NCBI GenBank assembly: GCA_041301395.1
Contig: JBFYSP010000031.1
Coordinates: 19,315-83,314, forward strand
DNA length: 64,000 bases
Origin: Anaerolineae bacterium
Lineage (GTDB): Bacteria > Chloroflexota > Anaerolineae > Anaerolineales > UBA4823
Direction of reading: 5' to 3'
In this document: positions 9,712-19,442 of the stretch, in pieces
Numbering within the stretch: position 1 is the first letter of the stretch
Layout: each line of letters starts with the position of its first letter
Position numbers and translations under genes: made by a program
The notes under the pieces: model-generated
Told to the model about the DNA's origin: nothing
Database searches by the model: none
What the model saw: the letters and a program-made list of their open reading frames with translations, nothing else

Positions 9712-11088
9712 TTAACTCTTTGCCTCACAGCTGCAGGATGCAGGCGCCAACCTACTGGCCTGCTGTTGGAGCGCTTCGATCTCTCCGCACACATTCGCCA
9801 TCTCGGAGACCGGTGCTTTACCAAAAGTATAAATCTGGTCCCAGGCATCTTTGGCGATTTGCCCGACTCCAACCATGTTGGGGAAATGCTCGACGGTCAC
9901 CGAATACTCTTTAATTTGACCGTCGGCAAAAGCTTCCAGGTTGAGGTCTTTGGTTGCCTCCGGGTACTCCTGGCGGATGTACCCGGCCCATTCCGGCACT
10001 AACGATGTGCGTGCCGGCTGTAGGAAGTGAGCTTGCGCCATCGCCCGTCCGTAATCTTTACTGATCAGGAATTTTAAGAATTCCCAGGCTTCTTCTGGGT
10101 GTTTGGTGCCGGCAAAGATGCCGAACCCGTCGGTAGTGCCCAGAGTGACCTGCTTCACCGGGCCACGCGGGAATGGCGCTACCCCAATGCGGAAGCCGGC
10201 TCCGTCCAGGATGTTTTTCAATGCCCAGGAACCGTCCTCCACCATGGTAACTTTTTGGGCTATGAAAGCCTGGCTGGTGGTAAGGTTCTGCACATCCAGG
10301 AAGTTAGCCATCACCCTGTCATCCCAGATGCGTTGGCGCAGCCATTCCTGCGCTTCCAGGGCGTCGGGTGCAGCCATAACGCAATGCTTTGGGTTTTGCG
10401 GATCGACATAATGTCCGTTCCAGCCATTGACATGCATTTGGATGCGGTCCCAGGATACGTCGAACATGCTGCCCCATTGAGTAACCTGCGAACCCTGTCG
10501 CACGGTCAGCTTGCGCATCGCTTCCAGGTATTCGTCATGAGTCCAGTCCCCAGTTGGATATTCGACGCCTGCAGCATCAAAGAGGTCCTTGTTGTAATAC
10601 AACGCTAATCCGCCGTGGTACATCGGCAGGGCGTATTGCAGTCCGTCGCGGGTAAACAGGGCGCGGTACTGCGCTTCCGACCAGTCTGAGATGGTGTCCT
10701 GATCCAGGTCCGCTTCGACGAATGGTCGCAGGTCGAGCAGGTATCCGGCATCCGCCCAGGCCGGGAAGAAATCGCAGCAGCCGGAGAATACATCCGGTGC
10801 CGTCCCGGCGGTGAAATCCTCCAGCATCTGCGCTTCCTTGTTCTCGGGGTCGGGTGTATAAAACACCTGGATGCCCGGGTTTGCGGCATTGAACTTCGCC
10901 AGCATTTCCTGGGCCATGGCCGGGAACCATTCTGTGCGCCAATCCTGGTACACCAGCTGAACCGGTCCGCCGCTAGACTGTGAGGCAGGCGGCTTGAGTC
11001 CGCAGGAAGCCAGCGCTGCCCCCACACCGGTCAGGCCGGCCAATCGCAGGAAATCACTGCGAGATAACGGGTGAGTTGTACTGGACAT
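9712..11088 (-). CDS. Extracellular sugar-binding lipoprotein (ABC family-1 solute-binding protein), no cognate permease or ATPase nearby
   Basis: Start chosen at MSSTTHPLSRSDFLRLAGLTGVGAALASCG (Tat-like/lipobox signal). The longer tracked ORF to 11139 adds only 17 aa. The body has the family-1 SBP pattern. An AT-rich 105-bp gap lies upstream. Confidence 0.75.
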   Translation of the reverse strand: MSSTTHPLSRSDFLRLAGLTGVGAALASCGLKPPASQSSGGPVQLVYQDWRTEWFPAMAQEMLAKFNAANPGIQVFYTPDPENKEAQMLEDFTAGTAPDVFSGCCDFFPAWADAGYLLDLRPFVEADLDQDTISDWSEAQYRALFTRDGLQYALPMYHGGLALYYNKDLFDAAGVEYPTGDWTHDEYLEAMRKLTVRQGSQVTQWGSMFDVSWDRIQMHVNGWNGHYVDPQNPKHCVMAAPDALEAQEWLRQRIWDDRVMANFLDVQNLTTSQAFIAQKVTMVEDGSWALKNILDGAGFRIGVAPFPRGPVKQVTLGTTDGFGIFAGTKHPEEAWEFLKFLISKDYGRAMAQAHFLQPARTSLVPEWAGYIRQEYPEATKDLNLEAFADGQIKEYSVTVEHFPNMVGVGQIAKDAWDQIYTFGKAPVSEMANVCGEIEALQQQASRLAPASCSCEAKS

Positions 11089-11193
11089 CTTCCAATTCCC
11101 TTTGTGCCATACAGAATAGAAAGTAAAAAATCCCCTCACAATTTTACACGAGATTCTTAAAAATCAGAAGAATATACAACTAAAACACTCTTA

Positions 11194-12408
11194 TTATCCT
11201 GTTAATTTGCCGGTTAATCCGGGCTCAGGCCGGGCAGTTATGCGCAGAATCAACAAACCGGCAAGGCTCCCGACCAGCGCAAGGGCGTACAGCCAGTAAG
11301 CACCTACCGTGTCGAACAGCGCCCCTGCCAGCGGCGCGCCGACCAGCCCTACCAGGCCACGCAATGTGACCATGTACAGCGCCATCACTGTGCTGGCCTG
11401 CCGCTCCGGTGCTCCCTGGGCCATGTAAGTAATCGACGATACCAGGTAGAAGCTGAAATAAAAGCCGCTCAGGGCGCGCAGAATCAAAATTGCAGTCACA
11501 GATGGGAAGATCAGCACCAGCAGCATGCCGGCAGCCTGCATCAACAACGAGCCTCCCAGCAGCCGGCTGGCTCCCAGGCGGCGAACCAGCCGGTCGGCGA
11601 TCAACATCCCAGGCAGTTCGAGCAGTGCGCCGATCGTGCTCGCCAGCCCGATGATTGTCTCACTGGCGCCCAGTTGCTTCATATAGATCGCTTCAAACTG
11701 CACCCGGCCGGCAGTGCTGATCCACAGGATGGTCAAGGTCAACGCCAGCCCGACCATGGCGCGATTATGCGCCAGGTCTGTCACCAGGCTCCTGATCCCA
11801 ACACCGGTTTTGTTACCGGGTTCGCCAGCCCGTGGTGGATGGGCATCCTGTGTGGAGCTGCGCCGCGACGACGGCAGGACAATTAACGCGAGTATCGCGG
11901 CGCTGACCAGCATCCCGCCCAGGTATCCGATGAATGGCGTAAACAGGCCGCTGCGTTCGATCAGCCAGCCGGAGATGGGGGCGATCACTGCCCAGCCCAG
12001 CGACCCCCATAACCGGACGCTGCCATAGCCGGCCTTTTCCCCGTTAGTCACGGTCAGAGTCAGGGTAGTGGAAAGCGGCTCTGCACCTCCGCCCACCAGC
12101 GCGTCGGCAGCGACGAACAAAGCCATCCACAGGAATGCGGTCTGCATCCCGAGCAGCAACATGCATACCCCCGAGCCTACCAGAGCCAGCTGCAACAGGC
12201 GCAGCGGGCGGTGGGATGCGTCGCTCCATCGCCCCCAGACGGGCGCTGCCAGCAGGGCAGCAATTCCACTGGTAGCCACCAGCAGCCCCATCTGCTGGCC
12301 GCTCAGCCCTCGCTCCTGGTAGAACAGGGTAATGAAGGGTAGGATGAAGCCACCTGCCCCGATCGATGTGAAGGTATATATCCGGGTATAAAACAGGTTG
12401 CGCGCCAT
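11194..12408 (-). CDS. MFS transporter
   Basis: 404 aa with about 12 hydrophobic segments and an MFS-type loop GRWSDASHRP. Its start overlaps the GH38 stop by 1 nt. Confidence 0.75.
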   Translation of the reverse strand: MARNLFYTRIYTFTSIGAGGFILPFITLFYQERGLSGQQMGLLVATSGIAALLAAPVWGRWSDASHRPLRLLQLALVGSGVCMLLLGMQTAFLWMALFVAADALVGGGAEPLSTTLTLTVTNGEKAGYGSVRLWGSLGWAVIAPISGWLIERSGLFTPFIGYLGGMLVSAAILALIVLPSSRRSSTQDAHPPRAGEPGNKTGVGIRSLVTDLAHNRAMVGLALTLTILWISTAGRVQFEAIYMKQLGASETIIGLASTIGALLELPGMLIADRLVRRLGASRLLGGSLLMQAAGMLLVLIFPSVTAILILRALSGFYFSFYLVSSITYMAQGAPERQASTVMALYMVTLRGLVGLVGAPLAGALFDTVGAYWLYALALVGSLAGLLILRITARPEPGLTGKLTG

Positions 12409-15400
12409 TATGCCGGCAGCAGGCGAAGTGAGATGATCTCGTAGGGCTTGATCGTAAAGCTTACTTCCCGGTTTTTCACCCCCAGGTTCTCCAGCGTTTC
12501 CTCCAGCAGGTTAACTCGCTGTACCGCTTGTAGAGAAAACCCGGCTCGCAGTGTGATTAGTTGCCGCCGTCGCATACACTCGTACAAACGTACGATGATC
12601 CCCTGTCCGTCTTCCGACTGCTTGATTGTTTCGATTACCACATTGTCTGCGTCTACCGTCAGGAATGATTCGCCGGGGAGGTATTCTGATTCTTGCATTG
12701 GTCTCCTCGGGTTGTGGGCAGACTGGTAGATGATCAATGGGTCGTTCAGGGCATAGGCTTCGCGCAGGGTATCGATTCCCCAGCCGCCGGCGTGCGGCAG
12801 CAAGCTGTAGCGGAATTCATGCTTCCCCAGGTCGGCCTGCGGGTCCGGCATGCTGGGTGAGCGCAGCAAGGTCAGGCGGATGGTGTTCCTCTGGATATCG
12901 TGGCCGTATTTGCAATCATTCAACAGGCTGGCTCCGTAACCGCCCTCGCTCAAATCCACCCACTTGTGGGCGCAAGTTTCAAAGCGCGCCCAATCCCAGC
13001 TTGTATTACGATGGGTAGGGCGCTCGACATTACCCCATTGGATTTCGTATGTGGCGCTGGTCGCAAGTACATCCACCGGAAAAGCGGCTTTGAGCAGGAT
13101 ATGCCGCTCGCGCCAGTCTATCTGGGTGGCGAAATCCAGCCGCGGGCTGTTGCAGGCCAGCGTGATGCGCTGCGTATAGGGGCTGTTCAGGATGCGGCGC
13201 CTGACCTCCAGTGTGGCGCGCAACGGCCCGGCCTCGATCACCCGGATGGATTCCGCCGCTTCTGCCAGCCAGTGCCGGTCTTCGTAGAAAATATCCACAT
13301 CCCAGGCGTCCCAGTTCAGTGGGCGGTCTTCGAATGCCAGCCACTGGTTGGCCAGCTGGCCGGGCGGTAGGACTTCGCGCTGGTTGGTTTTGTCGTAAAT
13401 ACGGGTGATATCGCCGCCATCATCTAGTTCTACCCGCAGCCAGGCATTCTCCAGGTGATGCGGTTTCACCTCCAGGCTGCCCGACCCGGGCGGCGCAGGA
13501 TTTGCCCTCAGCCCTGTTGCACTGTAAGGCGGTACGACGCCTACCTCCAGCCAGGCGCCTCGGCTGCCCTGCGGATCATTATCTACTGCTTGCCAACGGA
13601 TGTCTGCGGGTAGGTTGCTCGGATCGCCGGAGTAAAAGGCCAGGTCTTGGCGTGCAAAGGATGTGGGGTTAATCACCAGCCACTCCACCCCGCTGGACCG
13701 GGCCAACGAAGACAGGGCGGACTGACGTATCGCCTCCCCTGTCTGGCGCACCTCGGCGTACTGTCGGCTGGATTCGGTGTAGACCTCCCCAATGCTGGAA
13801 CCGGGGATGATATCGTGAAACTGGTTCAGGCAGACCAGCTCCCAGGCATGGAGCAGCTCGGCATACGGATAGGAGAACCCCGGGTCATTCTGGGCTGCTG
13901 CAGCCGATAGGAACTCTGCGTCGTGCAGCAAGAACTCGCTTTGCCGGTTCAAAAGCTTGTTGCGAGCCTGTGTGGTGTATGTCCCTCGGTGGTACTCCAG
14001 GTATAGCTCGCCGTCCCAGGTGGGTAAGTTTGCCCCGCTCTCGGCCTCCAGACGGCGGAAGAAATCGCCTACTTTCCCGGTCCTGATCTGTGCCGCGGCT
14101 GGAAAGCGCTCCAGCACGCCGGCATTTTCCAGCATTTGAGGAGTGGGCCCGCCGCCGCCATCGCCAAATCCAAAGGACATCAATAGGGTGCGCTGCAGCT
14201 CTTTTTGCTGGAAATTCTCCCAGGTACGCAGCGCCTGGCGAGGAGTCATCTCGGCATTATACGTGCTGATGGATGCACTGCCGTCCTCTGGCGTGGTGCT
14301 GTAGTGAGTCAAGACGCGCGTTCCGTCCAGTCCCTGCCACCAGAATGAGTCGTATGGCATCCGGTTGTACTGGTTCCAGCCAATCTTGATGGTAAAGAAG
14401 TACTTCAGCCCTGCCTGGCGGATGAGTTGCGGCAGGTTCCAGGCGTAGCCAAACACATCCGGCAGCCACAGCACCGGTGATTCGGCCTGCAGGCCAAAAT
14501 ATTGGCGGAAGAAGCCCCTTCCCAGCAGCAACTGGCGCACCAGCGACTCAGCTCCACTCAGGTTGCAGTCCGCCTCAACCCACATCCCTCCGATCGGCTC
14601 CCAGCGGCCCTCCGCGACTCTTTGGCGGATGGCGGAAAACAGCTCTGGATAATCCTGGCGGACAAAATCGTAGAGCTGAGGCTGGCTCTGGGAAAAATAA
14701 TAGGCCGGGTACTGCTCCATCAGGCGCATGACATTGTGGAAAGTTCGCCCGGCTTTACGCCGGGTCTGGTCTAAAGTCCACAACCAGGCCACGTCGATGT
14801 GAGCATGCCCGGCGGCAACGATCTCCACATCCATTGGCGGGCCGGCCTCGCCAATCCCGGCCTGTAAGGCAGCCGCCGCGGCGGGTAAGCTGGCATAAAA
14901 CGCCTCTCCCAATGGATGGCGGGTATCCAGCAGGTTGAAGGCCCGGTCCAGGGTATTGAGCAGCCTGCTGCGGCTTGGGTGATTCTTGTCCAGGTATTGC
15001 GCCACGCCCAGGGCTACTCTGGTCAGGGCAATGAACGCACGTGTAGGCAGGTCGATCTGCACCACAGCGCATTCCCGCATGTAGAGCATCCGTTCGGGGA
15101 TGCCCCACTGCTCGCCGCCCAGTCCAGTCCAGCCGTGCAGGGCCAGGAGGTGCGGCCTACCGGCAGCCTCAAGGTCGCGAGTCCAATCGTCCGGCAGCAA
15201 GATTTCCTGGTGGTTGCGATCAATGGCCGCGTAAGGTCGGCCATCCAGGTAGGCCAGAGCCTCGGGGTGTTCAAAATCTCCCGCTGCACCTATTGGAAGG
15301 TAAAGGGCAGCCAGCCCCTCCTCTGGCCAATCCTGCGGCACAGAGAAATCCGCTCGCATCACGAAATTCGTCTGCCAGGTACCCCACTGTGCAGGCGGTG

Positions 15401-15599
15401 TGAGCCTTTCCCAACCGGAGTCGTCCAGGCCGGGCTGAACCAGTTCTGGCGCTACCGGGCCGTCCCCGGCTGGAGAGCGATCGATGGGCAGGTAGCGGAA
15501 TCCGGCGATCGGCTCTTTGCGGCAATGCACCATCGTCTTGATCAGTTCTAGACGCTGCGTGATTTTTTCAACCGTCAAGCGGGTTTGGTGGCTCAACAT
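12408..15599 (-). CDS. GH38 alpha-mannosidase
   Basis: 1063 aa with the GH38 N-terminal catalytic signature AGHAHIDVAWLW, then WEPIGGMWVEADCNLSGAESLVRQ and the long C-terminal beta-domains typical of GH38. Confidence 0.85.
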   Translation of the reverse strand: MLSHQTRLTVEKITQRLELIKTMVHCRKEPIAGFRYLPIDRSPAGDGPVAPELVQPGLDDSGWERLTPPAQWGTWQTNFVMRADFSVPQDWPEEGLAALYLPIGAAGDFEHPEALAYLDGRPYAAIDRNHQEILLPDDWTRDLEAAGRPHLLALHGWTGLGGEQWGIPERMLYMRECAVVQIDLPTRAFIALTRVALGVAQYLDKNHPSRSRLLNTLDRAFNLLDTRHPLGEAFYASLPAAAAALQAGIGEAGPPMDVEIVAAGHAHIDVAWLWTLDQTRRKAGRTFHNVMRLMEQYPAYYFSQSQPQLYDFVRQDYPELFSAIRQRVAEGRWEPIGGMWVEADCNLSGAESLVRQLLLGRGFFRQYFGLQAESPVLWLPDVFGYAWNLPQLIRQAGLKYFFTIKIGWNQYNRMPYDSFWWQGLDGTRVLTHYSTTPEDGSASISTYNAEMTPRQALRTWENFQQKELQRTLLMSFGFGDGGGGPTPQMLENAGVLERFPAAAQIRTGKVGDFFRRLEAESGANLPTWDGELYLEYHRGTYTTQARNKLLNRQSEFLLHDAEFLSAAAAQNDPGFSYPYAELLHAWELVCLNQFHDIIPGSSIGEVYTESSRQYAEVRQTGEAIRQSALSSLARSSGVEWLVINPTSFARQDLAFYSGDPSNLPADIRWQAVDNDPQGSRGAWLEVGVVPPYSATGLRANPAPPGSGSLEVKPHHLENAWLRVELDDGGDITRIYDKTNQREVLPPGQLANQWLAFEDRPLNWDAWDVDIFYEDRHWLAEAAESIRVIEAGPLRATLEVRRRILNSPYTQRITLACNSPRLDFATQIDWRERHILLKAAFPVDVLATSATYEIQWGNVERPTHRNTSWDWARFETCAHKWVDLSEGGYGASLLNDCKYGHDIQRNTIRLTLLRSPSMPDPQADLGKHEFRYSLLPHAGGWGIDTLREAYALNDPLIIYQSAHNPRRPMQESEYLPGESFLTVDADNVVIETIKQSEDGQGIIVRLYECMRRRQLITLRAGFSLQAVQRVNLLEETLENLGVKNREVSFTIKPYEIISLRLLPA

Positions 15600-15630
15600 A
15601 AATTGCCTCCTTCTGACCAGGGCTACGATA

Positions 15631-17022
15631 TCATTTGAACTGAGGTAGGTACGCCTTATAGGTTTCCAGGTAATCGTCCAGGATCAGGCGGGCGGTGTCC
15701 AGGTCGCGTATCACCGGGTCTAACAGCAGGCACTGCAGGGCTGTCTGCCGGTCGCCGGTCGCGGCGGCATCCACATTTAGCTGCCCGACGGCAATTTCGC
15801 GGCGCAGCAGCTCGGCGATGCCTTCCGGCAGCGGCCCGATGGGCTGCGCATGCACACCGGTGCTGTCTATGCTTACCGGCGTTTCCACAATCGCCCCGGC
15901 CGGCAGGTTGGCAATCTGCCCGGCATTGGGTAGATTGGCAGCCAGGTGAGTGTGGGGCTCTCCTCTGGCAACATGTTCAATGACCTCCAGTGCGCCTTCC
16001 GAATCGGCCTCCAGCAGGCCAGCCAACCCCAGCTCGCCACTCGCCATCGCCGCCAGCCGGGCAATCCCGGCTTCGCGCCGCCGGGCCCACGCATCCCAAT
16101 CATACAGGTGCAGGTGGTATTTCTCCCAGGGCCGGGTCAGCGGGTCGCTCACCCACGGCAGGTATTCGCACAGATGCGAATCGCCCGGCACCGGGAATAG
16201 GCCGAAATCTTCGAACACCCGGCGGGTGAGCGGCTCAAACTGCGGATCCATCGCTGCCCAGCACTGGCGGAAGAGCGGGTACAGGTCGGCGCCGGTCTGG
16301 CGATCCCGGATGCTCAGCACCCAGGTAAAGTGATTCAAACCAGCCGCCTCGATTTCCAGGCGCGGCAAGAGCTGGCGCACGAAAGCTCTGCGCAGCGGCA
16401 TCTGCTGCGGGTCGGCATCCATGCTGTGGATCCCGTCGGGGACTTCCAGCACCAGTTCCTGGCTGAGTGCCATCCCGACCATGCAATAACCGATCAAGAT
16501 TTGGTGGCACAGGCCCACTATTTTTATCCTGCTGTAGCGATGAACAGCGTCGCAGATGCGCACCATTGGATTGGTGAAATTGATCAGCCACGCATCCGGG
16601 CAGACCTGTTCCATATCGCGGGCGATTTCAAGGATTGGCCCGATGTTGCGGGCAGCATGCGCAAACCCGCCGGGTCCGCCGTTTTCTGCATAGGGCTGGC
16701 GTACCCCATATTTCAACGGGATTTCATAATCCATGCGCCACAGGGCTTCTCGTGGACCGACCTCGATGGCCGAAACGACGAATGCAGTCCCCGGCAATGC
16801 CTCGCGGTGGTGGCTGTGCAGGCTGATTGTCAGCCCGGCCTCCCACTCCTGGTTCAGCCTATCCGCCAGCCTGCCGACGACTTCCAGGGTTTGCGGGTTT
16901 TGGTCGACCAGCGCCAGGTGGCTGCCGCGTAGCTTTGGCGATCTCAGGATAGCAGCCAGCGTATTTTCGCCAAAGGAGGCGCTGCCCGCGCCGATCACAG
17001 CGATCTTGGTTGGCAGATTCAT
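15631..17022 (-). CDS. GH4 family glycosidase (NAD-dependent alpha-glucosidase/galactosidase-like)
   Basis: Start chosen at MNLPTKIAVIGAGSASFG (Rossmann GxGS motif). VGLCHQ motif present. The 39-aa N-terminal extension in the tracked ORF is Arg/Ser-rich and would overlap the upstream gene. Confidence 0.75.
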   Translation of the reverse strand: MNLPTKIAVIGAGSASFGENTLAAILRSPKLRGSHLALVDQNPQTLEVVGRLADRLNQEWEAGLTISLHSHHREALPGTAFVVSAIEVGPREALWRMDYEIPLKYGVRQPYAENGGPGGFAHAARNIGPILEIARDMEQVCPDAWLINFTNPMVRICDAVHRYSRIKIVGLCHQILIGYCMVGMALSQELVLEVPDGIHSMDADPQQMPLRRAFVRQLLPRLEIEAAGLNHFTWVLSIRDRQTGADLYPLFRQCWAAMDPQFEPLTRRVFEDFGLFPVPGDSHLCEYLPWVSDPLTRPWEKYHLHLYDWDAWARRREAGIARLAAMASGELGLAGLLEADSEGALEVIEHVARGEPHTHLAANLPNAGQIANLPAGAIVETPVSIDSTGVHAQPIGPLPEGIAELLRREIAVGQLNVDAAATGDRQTALQCLLLDPVIRDLDTARLILDDYLETYKAYLPQFK

Positions 17023-17053
17023 AGTTTTTCTCCAGCTTGAGGTCATCCGGGGT

Positions 17054-18325
17054 TCAAGCCCGGAACTCGATATCCTGCCTGGCAGCAGCCTGCACCCTCT
17101 CTCGCAGGGCCTGGGGTGCGATCGCCGCGATTTGGACACGCTGCGCCTTCAAAAATATGGCGAAACGTGCCAATCCCCTGGCCAACGCCTCGGCAAATTC
17201 CGGGTTTTCCTGCGGTGCATGTTCCTCCAGCCAGAAGCCATTGATCACCAGACTGGCGGTGTCGCGCTCCAGGCGAGGATCCAGTCGCCCGACCAGGCGG
17301 TCACCGTAAAGTATCGGCAGGGTGTAGTATCCCCAGCGGCGTTGCGCGGCGGGCTTATAAACCTCCCACAGGTACTCGAACTCGAAAAGCGTCGCGGCCC
17401 GCCCGCGTGCGCTGACAATATCCAGCGGCGCCAGGAAAACGACCTCCTCGCTGGTGGTCAGGCGGGGCTGCCAGGCAGCCGGGATTTGGCCGGACTCCAG
17501 GCTTTCCAGCATAGGCAGGCTGGTATGCAGGGTCAGCCAGCGCTCTTTTGAGCCCTCTACTTGTATAGGAACGACCTGGCTCTGCTCGACCAACCGCTCG
17601 AGCCAGGCTTTTGCCTCCACGGGAGGGATGCGCCTCTGGATCGTATCGCCCACACTGACCGCCCAGCGTTTCTCGCGCATCAACCCCAGGAAAGCAATCG
17701 CCTTCCTGGCTAAAAATTCTTCCGCATCACGATCTGCTGCCGCGTAGTCCAGCTCTCGAGGCGCCACGCGCTCGCGAAAATCGTAAATCCGCTCGAAGCC
17801 CTTGCGGCTGGAGATCATCACCTCGCCCGCCAGCCACAGATAGTACAGCGCCAGGGCGGTATCCTTGCTCCCGCGGTAGCTGTTCACGCGGGTATTACCG
17901 GCGAAGTCACGGTTCCCCAACGGGCCGCGCTGGTGCAGTTCCGCCCGTACCTGGTCGAGCACCGCAGCATGCCCGGCGGCAAAATCCGCCCAGCGAGGTT
18001 GCAGGATCTTGCGCTTCATATGCAGCCGCCAGTAGGGCAATTCCCGCATCGGGTAAATGAACAAACCGCCTCCATAATCGAAGGCGCCTCGCTCCTGGTA
18101 CATCAGTCGGTTGAGTACCTCGGGTGTGTAATCCAGGACGCGTCCCCACAGGGCGATGTCGTGGCTGCGACCGGTGACGTTGAGCGGGTCCATCTGGATG
18201 GCTTCGACGCTATGCAGGGCGGCTTCTGCCCCCACCGGTCCGGCCCAGCGGCGCCCGGGCCACAGGCCTTGCAGTCCCATGACCAGCCGTCGGGCGGTTT
18301 GTTTTGAGATCGTTGTCGGATCCAT
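17054..18325 (-). CDS. Winged-helix DNA-binding protein of the YcaQ/AlkZ (DUF1006) crosslink-repair glycosylase family
   Basis: 423 aa. The N-terminal LQGLWPGRRW...AIQMDPLNV...SHDIALWGRV and C-terminal YTLPILYGDRLVGRLD patterns match what I recall of the YcaQ family. Confidence 0.6.
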   Translation of the reverse strand: MDPTTISKQTARRLVMGLQGLWPGRRWAGPVGAEAALHSVEAIQMDPLNVTGRSHDIALWGRVLDYTPEVLNRLMYQERGAFDYGGGLFIYPMRELPYWRLHMKRKILQPRWADFAAGHAAVLDQVRAELHQRGPLGNRDFAGNTRVNSYRGSKDTALALYYLWLAGEVMISSRKGFERIYDFRERVAPRELDYAAADRDAEEFLARKAIAFLGLMREKRWAVSVGDTIQRRIPPVEAKAWLERLVEQSQVVPIQVEGSKERWLTLHTSLPMLESLESGQIPAAWQPRLTTSEEVVFLAPLDIVSARGRAATLFEFEYLWEVYKPAAQRRWGYYTLPILYGDRLVGRLDPRLERDTASLVINGFWLEEHAPQENPEFAEALARGLARFAIFLKAQRVQIAAIAPQALRERVQAAARQDIEFRA

Positions 18326-18454
18326 AAAATCCTTGAGCTTACAAAACAGACTGCTTCCCGGTCAATATCGACCGGAATTTGTGTTGACGCCGCCGGGCGT
18401 CGGCAGTAGGATTACCACGCGCCATTATACACACTATGCTATTGGAGGGAAGAA

Positions 18455-19435
18455 ATGATCCGCAATCAATGGTATATCATCCTGGAGTCGAAAGAGGTGC
18501 TCCGGGGAAAACCGGTTGGGGTGCTGCGCATGGGAGAGCCGCTGGTATTGTGGCGCGACCAGGCGGGAAACCTGAGCTGCATGCGCGATCTTTGCCCGCA
18601 TCGCGGCGTGGCTCTCAGCACGGGCAAGCTGGTTGGGGACCACCTGCAGTGCCCGTTTCATGCCTTCGAATTTGATTGCCTGGGGGAAGTGCGTCTGGTG
18701 CCGGCTAACGGCCGCGCCGCGCGCCTGCCTAAAGCTATGCGGGCGCATACCTATCCGGCCCGAGAAGCTCATGGCTTTATTTACCTCTGGTGGGGCGATC
18801 ATCAGGCTGACTACCCTCCCCTCCCCTGGTTCGAGTCGATCGACGATGATTTTGCCTATGCCACCGTCAAAGATACCTGGGCAGCGCACTACTCGCGGGT
18901 CATAGAAAACCAATTGGATGCGGCGCATGTGCCATTTATCCATCGCACCACTATCGGACGCGGCCAGCGCACCGTCGTCAATGGCCCGATTTGCACCCTG
19001 GAAGCGGGCGGCTTGTTAAATATGTGGGTGAACAACGAAGAAGATATGGGTCAGGTGGCAAAAAGGGCTTCCGAGCTGCCGGCACCTACCGGCAAGCCAT
19101 CCCTGCAGTTCCACTTCCCCAACCTGTGGCAGAATTGGATCGCTGACAATTTGCGCGCTTTGCTGGTGTTTGCCCCCATCGACGACGAGCACACGCGCCT
19201 GTACCTGCGCTTTTACCAGAAGATCGTCCTGACGCCGGTCCTTCGCAACCTGTTTTGCGCCTTTGGCAGCCTGAGCAACCTGCTCATCGAGCGTCAGGAT
19301 CGCTGGGTGGTCGTCACCCAGCGCCCCAGGCGATCCGAGCTGCGCGGTGGAGAAATCCTGGTGCCGAGTGACGGGCCGATAATCGAGTATCGCAAGCGCC
19401 GTGATGAGCTGCTCCGAGAGCAACAGGCATCTTGA
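18455..19435 (+). CDS. Rieske [2Fe-2S] non-haem iron oxygenase
   Basis: Rieske motif CPHRGVALS-x-GDHLQCPFHAFEF. The downstream catalytic domain has NQLDAAHVPFIH (His-rich iron-binding region). Confidence 0.8.
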   Translation: MIRNQWYIILESKEVLRGKPVGVLRMGEPLVLWRDQAGNLSCMRDLCPHRGVALSTGKLVGDHLQCPFHAFEFDCLGEVRLVPANGRAARLPKAMRAHTYPAREAHGFIYLWWGDHQADYPPLPWFESIDDDFAYATVKDTWAAHYSRVIENQLDAAHVPFIHRTTIGRGQRTVVNGPICTLEAGGLLNMWVNNEEDMGQVAKRASELPAPTGKPSLQFHFPNLWQNWIADNLRALLVFAPIDDEHTRLYLRFYQKIVLTPVLRNLFCAFGSLSNLLIERQDRWVVVTQRPRRSELRGGEILVPSDGPIIEYRKRRDELLREQQAS

Positions 19436-19442
19436 AGCCAGC

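Noticed and set aside
17023-17139. N-terminal extensions of several tracked ORFs (15631-17139, 9712-11139, 30166-32190, 56850-57779, 59866-60603)
   Set aside because: In each case the extension is Arg/Pro/Gly-rich or overlaps the upstream gene. An internal ATG then gives a canonical N-terminus (Rossmann start, signal peptide, or a 1-4 nt coupled junction).
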